Source: Laetmonice hystrix
Lineage: Eukaryota
DNA length: 64,000 nucleotides
Reading direction: 5' to 3'
Assembly (NCBI GenBank): GCA_965235115.1
Contig: OZ249451.1
Location: 12,028,001 to 12,092,000, forward strand
Of this stretch, positions 36,401 through 51,400 are shown piece after piece (the stretch's first letter is position 1; each line of letters begins with the position of its first letter). A program made the position numbers and the translations under genes. The notes beneath the pieces are model-generated. The model had not been told where the DNA came from, searched no databases, and saw nothing but the letters and a program-made list of their open reading frames with translations.

Positions 36401-39400
36401 CCGACATGAGATGCGTCTTTAATATTCCGACAGTACCTCACAGAGACTGCAGTCCACGGATCGAGTAGCGCTGAAACCATCGTTTGAACCCGCTGCCATT
36501 GGATGTTTACATTGACGTCATAGTGACGTCGTTTTCCTGAGCCAATCGCAGCTGCTATCTCAAATCGAGCACAACGTTGCTGTCTGCCTGACAAACTAGC
36601 CCACCTGCTGCATTCGCTAAATGTAGGGTTGTATGATGAGGTCCATGACTGAAGAAATACTTCTGGTTTTTAAAGGGTGAGGGAGATGGTTCAGTTTGAT
36701 TCACAGCTAGGTTGTTCACAGATTCCACTGCTCACGGAAACAACTTGTAAACTACTCTCGCTATGCTGGCGACAATGTAACAAACATGCCTTGCGGAGAA
36801 GAAGAAGAAGAAGAAGAAGAAGAAGAAGAATACATCAATACAACCAAGGATAATACAGACGAAAACATGCCTAACTATAAGGCGAACAAAGAGGGAAACG
36901 CGAAGAACCATTTAAGCTGGCCTTCTGTCAAATCTCCGAAACTGTGATGGCTTCTGCAGCACTGGTATCATCCTCATTATCGTCGTAACAAGCCACGGGA
37001 TACCAGAAAACACCCTCTCAATGTATAGCCGTATAGGGTATGTTATAGCAGCTCTAACTGCAACCCCTATTTCAGGATAATTATCGTGGCTACCGTCCAA
37101 CTCAAACTAGGGTAAACATTTAACAACACAAGATTGAATCTGCATAACCTTTAAACAGTGTTGTTTTTCCAGGTAGAAAGAAAATGGCAAAAGCCCACAA
37201 GATATCTGGGACAGATCCAAAAGATGATCTAGTTTCGTGTCTGTGCTTGGAATCTTCATCTCGACGGCTAGTAATTACTGTCGGAACGTTCGAGCATTCT
37301 CTCACGACATGACAAAGATATTTACTGACGTTCAGTTCCAAGTGAGCATTACTGGTGAACTACTGCCAGAAGGAGATTAAGAAAAAGGATTGTTCAGACA
37401 TGGACTATCCTACGTGACCTTGAAAATTACCCCGTACACAGATCACGATCAGGATCTGCTACAAGAGTTGGATGACCACGTGCTTGGTATTGTACATTGT
37501 TTTTCTCTCAAGGAACCTTTGCTGTGGTTCTTCTTAATGTATGTATGTAAAGAATCTGTTCGTAGCCATCAACAGGCAGCCAGAGAAAGCATAAATGTTG
37601 ATGAGGTATCTTGGACTCCAGGAGGTCTTCCAAAAAAGGTCCGCTCATTGTTGTGTATAATGGTGGGATGGTGTGGAAATAAACGAGAGTATATACCATT
37701 TCAAGAAAAATATTTAACTTGACATGATTGTCAATAGGGTGTTGAGTTTTACCCGAGGGTTAAAGGATAATGGATGGTTTGGTAGGCTACCAGCACATTC
37801 AGCAGGCTGTTCAACCCCCCACCGGGTTAAATCAAGTTTATACTAGCTCTAACTGAACACCGACAATTAGGATCATATTTCCTTTGACTGGTAATCCGTT
37901 ATAACACGTTCCGTTTCCTATATGACGGGGTGGACACAGACTGGCAGTAAATCAAATCGTGAGGTCATCCACTGACAGGTGGCATCCGGGACGACAAAAC
38001 AACAGGGCTGTGTGCGGGAAGGAACAAGGAACATCTCTACGTAGACTTATAGCTATAAAGATATAGATAAAGATTAACCTATAGATAAAGATAATGCTTC
38101 TAGATAACTGGACAGTCGGATAGATAAAGGAACAGAATCAGGTAGGCAAACATACGTTCAGATGCAGATGATAAAAGAACAAGACTATAGTCATAAAGAG
38201 CAATACATAAACAAACACTATAGTCATGAAGAGCAATAAATAAACAGGTAAAGAAAAGTCTAAAATTATGCATCATAATTTCAAAAGTTATAGAAACAGG
38301 TCTAGTCAGTTAGAAGCGGACGAACTAGTACACGCATAATATAATAAGTTTGACAAAGAGCAGAATGATATATGTGTTAGACATTGTGTAATATTCTCTA
38401 GACTGCGCCAGGCCTGAGGGGCTGAATGGATAAAACTGTCGAGCTGAGATAAAGCACGGATTCAATCGTTGATTTAGAACAAAAAGAGAGCTCTACTGGT
38501 TATGGCAGAGCTTGCGGCGGGACTGGACCAGCACAGCGAGCTACCTCATTATATCATCAATAACATGAACGGTATGGCATACCAAGCGAGCCAAGCTGGT
38601 CCTGCTCGAAATCCACGTCTTGGAATCTTTAACTGTAACTTAGGGCATATCGCAAACCGGGGGCGTTAAGACGGGGATGCACAGCAGAAAAATGGTCCTG
38701 AGAAGATCTAAAAGANNNNNNNNNNNNNNNNNNNNNNNNNNNNNNNNNNNNNNNNNNNNNNNNNNNNNNNNNNNNNNNNNNNNNNNNNNNNNNNNNNNNN
38801 NNNNNNNNNNNNNNNNNNNNNNNNNNNNNNNNNNNNNNNNNNNNNNNNNNNNNNNNNNNNNNNNNNNNNNNNNNNNNNNNNNNNNNNNNNNNNNNNNNNN
38901 NNNNNNNNNNNNNNNNNNNNNNNNNNNNNNNCATCATAAATGAGGCGAAACATGACGTTCATTATACCGCTTCCGGTCGACACATGTCATTTATCCTTTA
39001 TTATCGCCCACTGTCTCTCCCATCCCTGACTCGGCCCAGAGTTTGCCGTATTCGTGAAGACTGAACTCTACGACCGCGGTATTCTGACATCATAACAGAC
39101 ACACCTGCTGGATGATCCATCCCATAATGTGACCAAGGTCACGTGGGGCAGCGAGATTTACCAAACGTAAAGTAATGTCAATGCCAAATCACCCCCACTC
39201 AATGCCACGAGTTTGTGAACGATTTTCCCGACTATGGCGCGGGAGCTTATATTGGCACAGGCCCTCAAGGGGACGATTTCGTATCGTTTCCACTAAGGCA
39301 TGCTGTGTATAATTTAAACTCGTGCTATTTTTTGCCGGTATTTCGTGATCGGAGTAAGAACATCAGGCGAAGACCAATGGGGTATGGATGGGTATGTGCT

Positions 39401-42400
39401 GCAACCCCCCTTCTAGCTATGCCTACCGTGTAAGCCGTGCATACGAAATCAGGTGAATTCTGTAATTCATATTGTTAGCTTATACAAATCGGTATTATGG
39501 AAACCTCGGTGGATGACCCTCTGACCTTGTGTAAACATACGTTTTCTTACATCAAATACGGTACATTTTATGCAATATTAGCCAGCTATTCGCACGGAGA
39601 TATAACTTACCCTCGTGTTGGATAAAATAAGGAGGAGACTACAAGAGGTCGATAACGTGTTTGAATATAATTGAAAATCAACGACCTTACAATTCACTGT
39701 GTTCTGGTAATATCATTGGTACGTTAATGTACATAGCTAGGACCGCGTTGGTGAGGTAGGGCTACTATTTAATGTGATGTTCAACATGAGCATGTTAGTC
39801 ACATACTGCCTTGTGTGAGGACCCCCCCCGCCCCCCCCCCCCCCCCAAGTAGACTGTTACCAGGGGATGAAACGACGGTCAAGTACTACGAGGTGTGCTT
39901 CAAGACGTTCAACTGTGTTATGGCTAGGATGAAGCACGTTGCGATTGACATTAAGACTATAGTTAACCATCGTTCGCATGTCCCGTTTGGAAATACTGTA
40001 TCTATACCAATTGCCCTCATTCGCCTTGGCTAGATTTTACGCTGCCTTTCAAGCATGTCAAGAAGTACTAAGAAGTGTAAGAATATCAGTGCTTAATGGG
40101 CCTCCAGTAATATTTCATATTTCACTGTTGTACTAGCCTGGCCATTGGCATACAGGTAAGGCACGAGCTTACCGTCAAAGCGATCTATAATTAAAAGAAA
40201 GTCTGCCATCCGTAAACTTGTTTTTACATCATAGGCAATCATACCAATTATAACGCTCTTGATTTACGTTTCCGTAATTTAAACCGGTCTGACGACAAAC
40301 GGTTCATCTTTATTTTTTGTATCTTTACTGTATCATCACTGCCTTCCTCTCCCGTGTCCTCACACGTAAACTCGAACAATCAGTCCATTACAATAAACTC
40401 ACTCAACACCGTGTCCATCATGCCGCGGGCATCTGTTATATACTTGACATTAGCAGAAATCGCAAAACCTCTTTACGAATTGCTGCTAGGAGATTTATTT
40501 GCGATCGATTATCAGAAAAGTCCGCTAAAGTGTCATACACCGGTGCAGACGGCCGGCAGGGCTGGGAGGGTACAACATAGCAAGGGAAAGATACCGACTT
40601 CAAACCCGACAGCTGATTTAACTCTAGAGGATAGACATCAACTACAAATGGCTAGGAATCTTCTCGTGCAACAGAGCCTCCGGTAAAATACTTTTCAAAA
40701 GCACCCTCCACTCCTTCCTCTGAAAATGAAAAAAACAAAGATATTTACAAGCCTAGTTTCAAAATCACTTCGGTGCCGTCACCTTAACGATGAAAGGCCT
40801 GGGGGGGGGGGGGGGGGTGACTGTGACCCTTTCCCGGGTCTGTCACCTCCTCTGTAGTGTGAATACACGCACTACTTGTATTCAATCATGCAGCCTCATT
40901 GTCCAGCTCCAAATTGTGTTTACCCTGGGCATAGCGTACGAAACGAACGTGCTGGATCGAAAAGTTCGCTTCCACTGGAAGGTCGCCAAGGGTCCGTCTT
41001 ATGGGTTTGGTAAAGATTGGGCGTCAGGGTTTCACAGAACGGAACGTTTTATTGTGTGATTTAGCACCTCAAGGAGCTCAGTAGCTAATACTGCTCCCCT
41101 AAAAAAACTGAGTGAAAAAACAACAAACAATCCCAAAAATACTGATAGTAGCAAAATGTCAAGGAAACTGGAAGGTTGATCTTGAACGTGTTTACAAACC
41201 AGGTGTGGGGGTGTTTGTGTGTGTTTTAGGGGGGTGAGATTACGCACCTACCATCTCCAACCCCACCCCCACCCCACATCCCACACCTTCATTCCAACCC
41301 CCACCGTCGACCCAAACAAAATGCAGGGTAATGCAAGTAAATCATTCCTTACTTCCCAACAGTGAGTATTTCCATGCAAACGTCGCAGGAGATCACCTTT
41401 GACTTATGAGGTGACCCCTAAATAAACAGTTTTAACTGGGGAAACCCTGGACATCTATTCTTGAAAAACCGGTCAACTGTCACATTTCATTCGCAACAAG
41501 ATCTAGGCCTATAGATGGAGAACGTGGAGAATTTGGTCATCATGGTAGAGCTGTGATTTGAAGGACTTGGCCCTCGCTCTAAATCCACCGCAGTGAATTA
41601 AGCCTATAAGAAGCGCGGACTTCCCGCATTTCCCTTCATTGAATTGATACTTAAAGAAACCGCCAAAGTCACATTTAGGAAGTCCCACCTTTAAATTTGC
41701 TACACCTGTCTTTAAAAAAGTTACACGTGCGTGGTGGTTGATGTTGGCAGCTCCATCTCGGATATAGAGCCTGGATGGACGGTTAACGACCGTGAAGTGA
41801 CTGCCAACTGGTAATTTCTGGACCTATCCCAATCTGTGTGACATCTTGATGACACCCAGGCCGTATCGGGTTAGGGTAAGTCCTCGGTTCCTTCTGGCGT
41901 GTTGACAGTCCTGATGACACCCACCTGAAACTGGTCCCGGGTTACGACTAGAGATCCTCCATTGCCACAATAGAGACGCCGGGAGTAATAGACACTACCG
42001 ACAGAGGTCAGCACCGCTGTTTGTGAAGGTTACGTAAGGTCTCGCTGCAGTCTATCAACCAGAGTCCCTGCCCGCCTCGCGTTCCAACGTTACATTATAT
42101 GATACTGTGGAGACACCCCTATAATACGTCATCAGGACGTTGGTTAGGTAGTCTGCCAAGTACATCTACATGTATGCTTAACATGAATTGTTAACTGGGT
42201 AATATTTGATCTTCTCCCAACATCCTCAGTCAGACTAGAGGGTCCTCCAGACGACAGAGGACTAGATTTATTAAGGTTCTCCACCTTGGCTGTCAACACC
42301 AGTACAAAACAACCCCCTTGGTGACAGGAGTAAAGGACACAGTCCTTGACGTCTTCCATGTTCTGTACAAGAGGCGACGAAGGCCTTCTGCTGCATAGAC

Positions 42401-45400
42401 TATACTCATCAATACTCCCTCTCTGTCTCTGTCCAGTGGCGGGATAGAGGGATTAACCCCCACTTGGCAAATCCCCCCATAGAACTTTCTGAATTGACCA
42501 TGACGAACCCCCCCCACCAAGAAAATACTTCCCCTAATCCCCCCTTACCAAAATTCTCTCTTCCTATATAATAGGCCTATGGTGTTTGTCTATGTGTTTC
42601 TCCCCCGCTCGCATATTATTTCTTAAAGGAGGGGGCACATCTCGATTCGACTTGTGAGAGTCCGTGACATCTCTGCCTACCAATACAAACTTTAAGCATC
42701 TGCACCCCCCTCCCCCACACCCCCCCCCTCTGCTGATGTCTGCCCCAGGCACACAATAATCACCTGTACCTGTTCCCTCTGAACCGTAACAAACAAGACC
42801 ACACTGAAACTACAGGTCCCATATTAGTCTAACAGATACTTATCTCATAATTAGAACTGCTATGTTTTCTGGCTGATTAAATATTTAACATTCTCTCTGT
42901 AATGTTGAATCAGCTAGCGCATGTGGCTCCACTTCCGGGACTAATGAGCGCGCGGAGTATGATGGGATATGACCTATACTAATTGTCCGCCCGTGTTTGA
43001 ACACGTGGCATGCGGTATTTGAACACTATGCGAAGGCCAAACATTGTAATAACTGGTTTCATGTTTTTCCTTGTATACTAAATTATTGTGAAGAACATTT
43101 TGTTCCTTACAACAATATTTAGAATAGAAAAATAAATAAGTAAATAAATAATTATGAACTCAAATAGGCCTACATGAAATTTAAGTTGTGCCAAACCTGA
43201 TCTGTATCGGTAATGTTTACCCGCCGTCAAAAACAAAGAATTGTTTCTTCAGAAAATATCTTTAAATGTATTTACTCACCTTACTCAGCTAAATTAAAAT
43301 TTCCTATTAAGCTAAAGGTATTTATTTTCAAAGGTACAAACATACTGCAAACAGAATATTTTAATTTCACAGCTACTCTTTCCCCCATTTCCAACGTATT
43401 GTATATGTAAACTGACAATATAGTTTTTTCGATAGCTGCACGCCCAATCACTGACATCGGACAACTAAAACTGTTTGTTAATCTTGACAGCGTCCTGTTT
43501 GCAACTACCACAGTGATATCACAGTGTTTGAAACTGATGTTGGGTGAGCCTAATCTTAGCACAAAGTTATGCGTGATACCGCAGCTATTATCGGAGTTGT
43601 CATGCAGGATATAATACCTGAAAATAAACGCTAAATAACGTTATTAACTCCCTGAACGACAGGCATTGTGTAAGGTTTTTTTCCTTAAGTATATTCCCTA
43701 ATGGTACTGCTCTGTAATGTCGACGTTGGCGGCAGAAATGAAGTTTCTGAAGATTCCCACATAAAAAGAGATCCTTTTACATGGATGTATTCGAGGCCGC
43801 AAGTCAAAAAGGAACCTGGGCAATCTAATCCCATTTGAACAAAAAACTTCACGCATCTTGATATTCTCCTGAGAGCTCTTAAGCGGGTCTACCCAAGGCT
43901 CTGAGCATTTGCTGCCCCATCGGCTTTTGTCCAGCTACCAATGACAGCACTCACCATGGTGACCCCCGCCCACCCAACTGTCAAGGAAGGGCCCGGATGA
44001 AAGAAAAGCGCCCCCTACCCACAGCCGGGTAATGGCTGCTTGCCGACTGCTTTGATCCAACATGTCCACGTCCCTCGCCAACTGTCGTGTCAAGGTCACG
44101 CGTTCCAAGCACCCCGGCACACTTGAGATGATCATGGGTAGGTCACGTGATGAATAGACGGGTCCTGACTTAAGAAAAGTGAAGAAGATTTCAATATGGT
44201 GAATGTCCGGACACCGCCCACGGCGCGTAGGTGGGGGTTGTCTTCAGCCGTGCTCCATTAACACTATGCCGTGTTTATACAGTAAGGTCGTGTTTTAAAA
44301 GTAAATTTTGATATCTATAACGTTATACGGTAATGCAATGACGTTAGGGAGTAATATAGAGTTTAATACTCAACCAGAATGAAGGTTTTTACCGTCTTTT
44401 GCCGTCTTTAATGGGTTAAATGTGCAGTGCCGTTTAAATAGTTTCGATATTCACCAATCAATGAGTTGATGGGTATGTGTTTTTGTACTAAAGATATAAG
44501 AGAGGGGCACATCAGCTTTAAGGGAATGCAAATTCATTCCCAAGAATACAAACTTTTAAATCACGATTAAATGTCGGCATCAAGGGAGAGAGATCAATAG
44601 AAGTTTGTCTATGGAAACTATTAAAATATTTGGCAATATCTTGGGCAGTAAATGATTTCATATTGAATCTATATGGACTTCTCTGCTTTCACAAAACATA
44701 ATTGATGATATGGGTGATAGTTTGGCAAGGTATGCTGGCAGAAGCAACACTTATCACGATGATAAGATACTTTCTGTATGTAATCAAACCAGTTCTGTCC
44801 TCATAAAATCACTCATGTCTACAGTAACCCGTCATGGTCATCAAAACCTGCCAAACTATCCAGTCTGGTTTATTCTTCACAACTTATCTTTCATAACTGG
44901 GTCAGGACTCGTTTTAGAAATCTGATGACGTTCATGTAAATCTGAAATTAGAAAACCGTCAGTGTGCGAAGGATTGGTACACAGATGAGTGAGCATCAAT
45001 TTGAAAAGTCTCCTAAAGTTCCCGAGGCGTTATTTTCACACTATGTGACTCCCTTCGTACGTTATAATATCGAGGATGATTAAACCACCTGGGCAAGAGG
45101 TCACAGCGCAGAATGAAGTCAGTTCACTGAGAGATTTCTGACCTTACCACATTTCCCTATAGAAATCACAACCTTGTAGCCGAATTCAAACCTTCCCGTT
45201 CCCTCCTGATCAATCGATCTTCGGGTGCACGAATCCCTAAAAGTTGTCCGCTCAGTCTCGCTACAGCGATTAAAATTGGCGGCGTCCTATGGTACGATAA
45301 TAGGGGAAAAGAGCCACTTCTGGGGAATAGTGCAGGGTTGTAAACATAGGAGAATCACCGCATGTGAAGAAATAAGCAGAGTTTAAAATATTTTGAGACT

Positions 45401-48400
45401 AGATTTAGACTTATCGTTCAGTGCCAGAAATAACCTGTGCAAAGTTGGAAATTAATAATTGCAATAGGCGTGGGGGGGGGGGGGTCGTATTTTGTCACAT
45501 TGCTTTCACCATTGCATACCGCCAAGCGGAGTATTCGCCGGAATTGGAAAAATCCAACTTTACTTTTAGTCTCTATACGTTAAGTTGAGATCCCTGTGCA
45601 TGCAGGGCTACTTCTTCGCGTGATGTTCCCCTTTGTGTTGTGTTTTTTATTACATCTGAAGGTTATCTTGAGAAGCAGAGCGTTTCGCAGACAATTAACG
45701 GTATGGCTATAACACCGGTTATCATGGAAGGGCGCGCGCATCCGACAGCGCCTTCTCGTGAGAGGTCGCGAGACCCTCGACCTGAACGTGACAAACATAG
45801 CCAGGGTCGACGTCATGTAGGCCTACTCTGTTACAAGGAGGGAAGTTTGCATAGTTATCTCTCAATTAAACTTAATTTTTCTGTAGGTTAGATTACAGTT
45901 TATGAGTTTTCTTACAGCGATGGGTAAAAAAGTATCAGCTATGTCACAATTTAAGGTATACCACAGATATAATTTTAAATGGGAGGACGGTGAGCACTAC
46001 GTTTGGGCCAAATTCTCTATAATACCATGAGAAAAAACGTCAAGGTTAAAATTGTTGGAACAATACAAGGTGTCTGACGGTGTCAAGCACACCTTGAGGG
46101 ACATACCTGGCACGGGCACGTTTTAATTGTTGTTTGACCTCAAACAATTCTCTTCCCTGGTGGCATATTCTCTAAGCTACAAATCATATGTAAAAAATCA
46201 TATATATTTTTATGATGGGGCAAAAAGACGTCATATGTTGGTATGTTTGTTTTCACCAAGCTATGTTGACGTAGAGTATAACCCTGAACATTATCCATTT
46301 ATATACACCATATCATCTTTTTTTATACAGAATTTCCACTCGCTTTGCGTGTTGTCACCAAATTATCAACACAAACTAGTCCATCAAACCATGTCAAGAT
46401 GCTATGCAGGCCTCTACTCTGAAAAGACCCTCCAAAGAAACGATGTTTTTCAATCCCGGTATAATTGGGTCATATGCTGAAGGACGGCAAAACTATTTAG
46501 CAGCAGAATAAAGTAGGCTGGAATGATTTTCAATCCAATTTACTTTTCATCCTTATGAATAGCTCATGGATACTTAATATTTTTTTATATAACCACACTT
46601 ATACTCTTCCATTATAAATGGTAAAAACTGTTGTTAAGGTGCGGTTGGCAGCTAAGTAGTAAGTACGCAATTACTGTATCTTACGTCTGTATCTACGAAT
46701 TCCACCAGAGTGGAGACAGATCCTTGTGAAACATTTGACAAGACATCCGTCTTGATGTATGAGGGCTGTGTGTCTACACAACTCTCACCACAATCATACC
46801 ATAGCAACTACTGTCATCTCACCTAGTCACCCCCCACGTCACTAGCTGGCTTAACTACCATTTGGAAATACAAACATATTTCAAATGACCTGTGCATATG
46901 TCGCCCTGAGCGTCAATAAACCATAAAGTCCATAGCGCCGTGGCAATAACGTGAAACTCAATAACTAGGAAGATTGAAGTATCCCGGACAAGGTATGACG
47001 TTTTTATGCCGGTAAAGTTTACTCGTTACGTGCGGAAAATCTTACTTAAAGTGTACAATTGTCCTGTCGCTAATAAATCACTGCGTCAAGATCCGCTGGT
47101 CTTCTGCGCATCGCAACGCGCAGGTTGCTTGAGGCGTTGGGCGTGGTTGTATGGTCACGTGAATAAGTTACGTCAAAAACTTGGTCGCTGTATGAAAGAC
47201 GTTTACACAATACGGCCCACATATTCTTGTCACTTTCATTGGTAACGTGTGATTCTAACTTAAAGAGGGCGTAATGGTCGTCATTTAAGGATCAGGTTTA
47301 AGGACTTTACTTGCGCCTTAAAAAGTTTTTGGAGTGTGATTGAGACGTCACCCCAAACGTAGGCCTACCGTTACCTTCTCCTTTCACATATTTGAGAAGG
47401 TTTGTCAGTTACCTGCTGGCAGGATTCTCGGGTATTACCCTGGCTTGCTCTTGCGGAGGCGTTGACCCCCAATCTAGATTTCGTGTCTTAGCACAGTCAA
47501 AATAAGCGCCAGAAGGAGTTAAACGTACTGTCAGTTTGTGGTAATACCTAGAAAATTTCATTAAGGACAGATAAAATGTCTGTGTGCATACAACAGGGGC
47601 TGGATGTAATATCATAGGTCTACTAATTAATAGAGGTGTTAGGGTGTTAAGTTTGACTTGTAAACCAGCGTTAAATGATCCATTATATTATCTGTTGACC
47701 GTTAACCCAGGGGTTTTACGACCAGGTGTTTAAACCTATCGGAGGGGGATTACTGGCCTGTAAGGTTGACCCAACCCTTAACATTGCCCTCCACTCGTGT
47801 ATATTTCTCAAACTAGATATGTGGGTCTCTAGTCGATCCTTGCATGGCTGGTTGGTTTCTCCTGGGGCTATGGGGGATAGAGGTTTGGGTAACACTATAG
47901 GGGGCTTTGACTTGGATGGCATTGTTACCTGCTGACTGGTGGGAAATTACAATAAATGGTATGGAAATAAGTGGAGTGGTTGGATTTGATGTGGGCTGGG
48001 CCAGCCACCCTCTCTGCCCTCTATGGGTGGGAGGGTGGGGGGTTGGTAGGGGGGTGGTTGGTATAGGTGGAGGGTAAAACTACCATGGTAACGTTCCCAC
48101 GAAATGTGGGGGTAATAAGTAAAGACCCCACCCCTCCCTTAACACTTACATGTCTATCCTAGCGTACCCGTATCACCCTGCTGCCCATACCCTAACCCTT
48201 CCCCACGTTCATGGAACTGTCAGCATGGAGCAGGCAAGGTTTAAGGAGGTGGGTGAGTTTTGATAATTGAGGGTCACCACTAACACATGGATGCCATCTG
48301 ACAACTTGACAATCTCCACACCACACTCGAGTTGCGTAGTGCACGGCGAACCACGCACCGACTAGCTCCGTTCCGTGTTCTATCACAATCAATCACGTTT

Positions 48401-51400
48401 TTTTCACCAACCACCTGTAATCTGCGATCCCGGCGCGCCATTACTGCCTAATCACAGTCTCCTGTAGGATGGCGAACCAATAGAGTCCTCCCCTCCAATA
48501 TAAACGTTGAGAAGGCGAGAAATTACGATGTAGAAAAAAGTACTCTCCCACATAAACCGAGATTCCTACGCAACCTCTATCGCTTCTTGCGGAGGGTTTA
48601 CCGTAAATCGCCGGAAGGCAGGTAAAGGTGAGTAAACGTCGATGTAGAACGTAAACAATGAGGATACGAAACCTTCCACCCTGCCCGCTTCGAATTGCCC
48701 CAGAGATCTATCACTGGTTGGGGATTGCCTGGGTTAGAGAACTAGTGGTAGGCCTACTCTTATACCAGCGGTAAAGTCTCCTCAACAAGGGTTGGGATAT
48801 TTGGAGTGGAGTGTCCGATTAACATACCATCTCCTTATCAAAGAAAAAAAACCTTTAGCGCGACAGTAGTATCACATAGTACATGACATGGGGAACGCCA
48901 ATTATGTAAACTTCCTTATATAGAGGAGGAATATTTGAAATGAGAATAAGTGGTTCGCTTTAACGAGGTCTGACTGCGGTAACGAAAAAGTAACCGTCAC
49001 AAAAAAGACTTACAGGGACACCAATATTAGATGTGATATTTCACAAAGCCGAAATGTAAAAAGAATTTTCCAAGAGCAGTTCGGCAGTCATGATGCTTCC
49101 GATCGCGTCAAAAATTTAAACTAGAATTGATTAAAAAAAAGGGCCTAAAGTAAGAAATGTTTGCTGAATCTCACTACCCTCTTTTCACACGAGACCCTCA
49201 TTTTATTTGACACTAGCCTCAATGAAAATAGTTTTATTTGACACATAGCCTCAATGAAAATGGTTATGTTAAAACATCTACACTTGTGCTCCCTTTTGGT
49301 AACGTATCTTTTACTGATGTCACTGACTTCTCCTAACTAAGCAGCGTATGACCTCTGGCGTTTGTCTAACTCTTTCAGTTTCACATCATGTAGACATACA
49401 GAAAGCATTACAATGAATAAGGTAATTCGGTATGGGAAGAGAGAGACGCTGAACAAAAATAGGGGAAGACGGCCCCAATTTTTCAGGTTAGAATTACAGA
49501 ATGCCGCCCATCGACCTGTCAGTACCCAGTACCAAAAGACACACATTTAACCCTTACCCCCTATAGCTACCCTTCACGTTAACAGATTACCAAACAGATA
49601 CAAACAAAGCTACTCTCCTCTCCCGCCAAGTAATGAGAGGGTCTTGTCATAGCCTTGTAACCTGACGGACCCTATCATTCATACCCAGACTGGTGTGATA
49701 ACAACACTCTACCTGCTATCACACCCATGGAGACCAATGTGAAGGTCATCTAGCAATGAAGATTACTACCTCTCTATCCTGGCACACAGAACTCCACACA
49801 CCAGGGTGAGAAATGGAAGGAGAAAAAAGAACTCCACGCAGACAGGTAGAGTTCACAGTCTTACAGAGTTACAGAAAAGGAGTTCATCATTAACCAGAAA
49901 ACAAGGATAGAGAACAGGAGTTCATCGTTAAGCAGGAACCAAATCAGAAGTTCGTCTTCCAACAACTACAACAACCTCAACAACTGATGCAAAGTCAGGA
50001 ACCAAACGTCCGATGAACTTCGATCCACCGAATTACCTATCCCACGACACTGCGTCTGTGAACCCAACGAACGCTGCACCTGAGTGTACAACACATGGAA
50101 TGGGAGACGCCGTCACCAATCCCTCATTATGACGCCACAACAAAAAACAAGTTTTTAGATGGTGTCCCAAGATAAAACCTTAGACAAATATAAAAATATC
50201 CACCCCCGCAAACCATAGCGATCAAGGAAGTTCCTCAGTTACCCTCCAAGTAGAAAGAGACATGGGGGCAGGTAGGTTTTTCTAGATGATATTTGAATAC
50301 AGCTACATTCCTGTATTTTTTAAATTTCTCCTCCTAGCTGACAATGTATTCTCTAAAGACACGCCCAGTGTGACAAATAACTCCAGACTTTAGTTTAGGC
50401 AGCCTGGAGCACCACTGATATGCCAACCGGGTCCCTCCAACTCAGGTTGCAGGTCAAAACGACTTTTTCTCCACCAAAAAGTTTCAGTTTGAACCTAACC
50501 TTTACTACCTTGAATCCCTTCGAAACATTTGAAGTCACGGACTTGCCGTCAGCAGAAGGTGATCGGAAAGTCGTTGTATGCTGTATCATTACAGCTTAAC
50601 TACGCAGTAAGTAGAAACGCTGCTTTCTTAGAAAACTTTGACAAGAAGCTGTTATTGTTATAGTCTGTGTCCGCCCGCGCATCTTTCCCTCCTGACTCTG
50701 ACAATTCGACAGGTGCCCTGACTGGTACCAGAGCTGAACGCACGGTTGACTCTGATATTCACCTGGACTGTGTGAACGAAGGTGAACGACACCACCCTAA
50801 GATCCACGGCTTGCTGAGTTGTACACCTGTCCTACCCTGACACCGAGTCACCCTACAAAAACAACCCCTGTCATCGTATCCAGGACTTATTGTCAAAAAC
50901 CACTTTGTGATTTTGAGAGGGTACAACCTTCAAAGGACGCGGCGATATTTTCCGAGGTGCCTTACATTGAGTGTCCCACGCATACCTGGGTCACGTGGTT
51001 AACGAGATGAGCAATATGGTCCAACCGTAGCCAAGAGACACGTTCAACCGTGCCATACTGTCACGTTAGGAGATTAATGCCATGACTAAGATAAATTGAA
51101 ACATCAGGGCCATGGCAGATGAAATAATGTCAAAAATAAAGAAAAGAAATCTCACTCCATTCTGTCATGGGGATATTTGGGAATCTATAGTTTAGGAGAA
51201 GTCATTGAGGATCCAAAATATGCTCCATATAATTATCTCTTCGTTCCATGATAGATTTATGAAGCCTTATTCACAAAGCACACGCCAGACTTGCGGACTC
51301 ACAAACTATTGTTGTCCAGCTGTTTAATAATAGTTTGCGAGTCCGCAAGTCTTGCGTGTCCTTTGTGAATAAGGCCCCAGCAGGTTCTTATAATATTTGA

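Noticed and set aside
38629-38983. ORFs spanning the N gap (also 52709-53034)
   Set aside because: Open only because of Ns.
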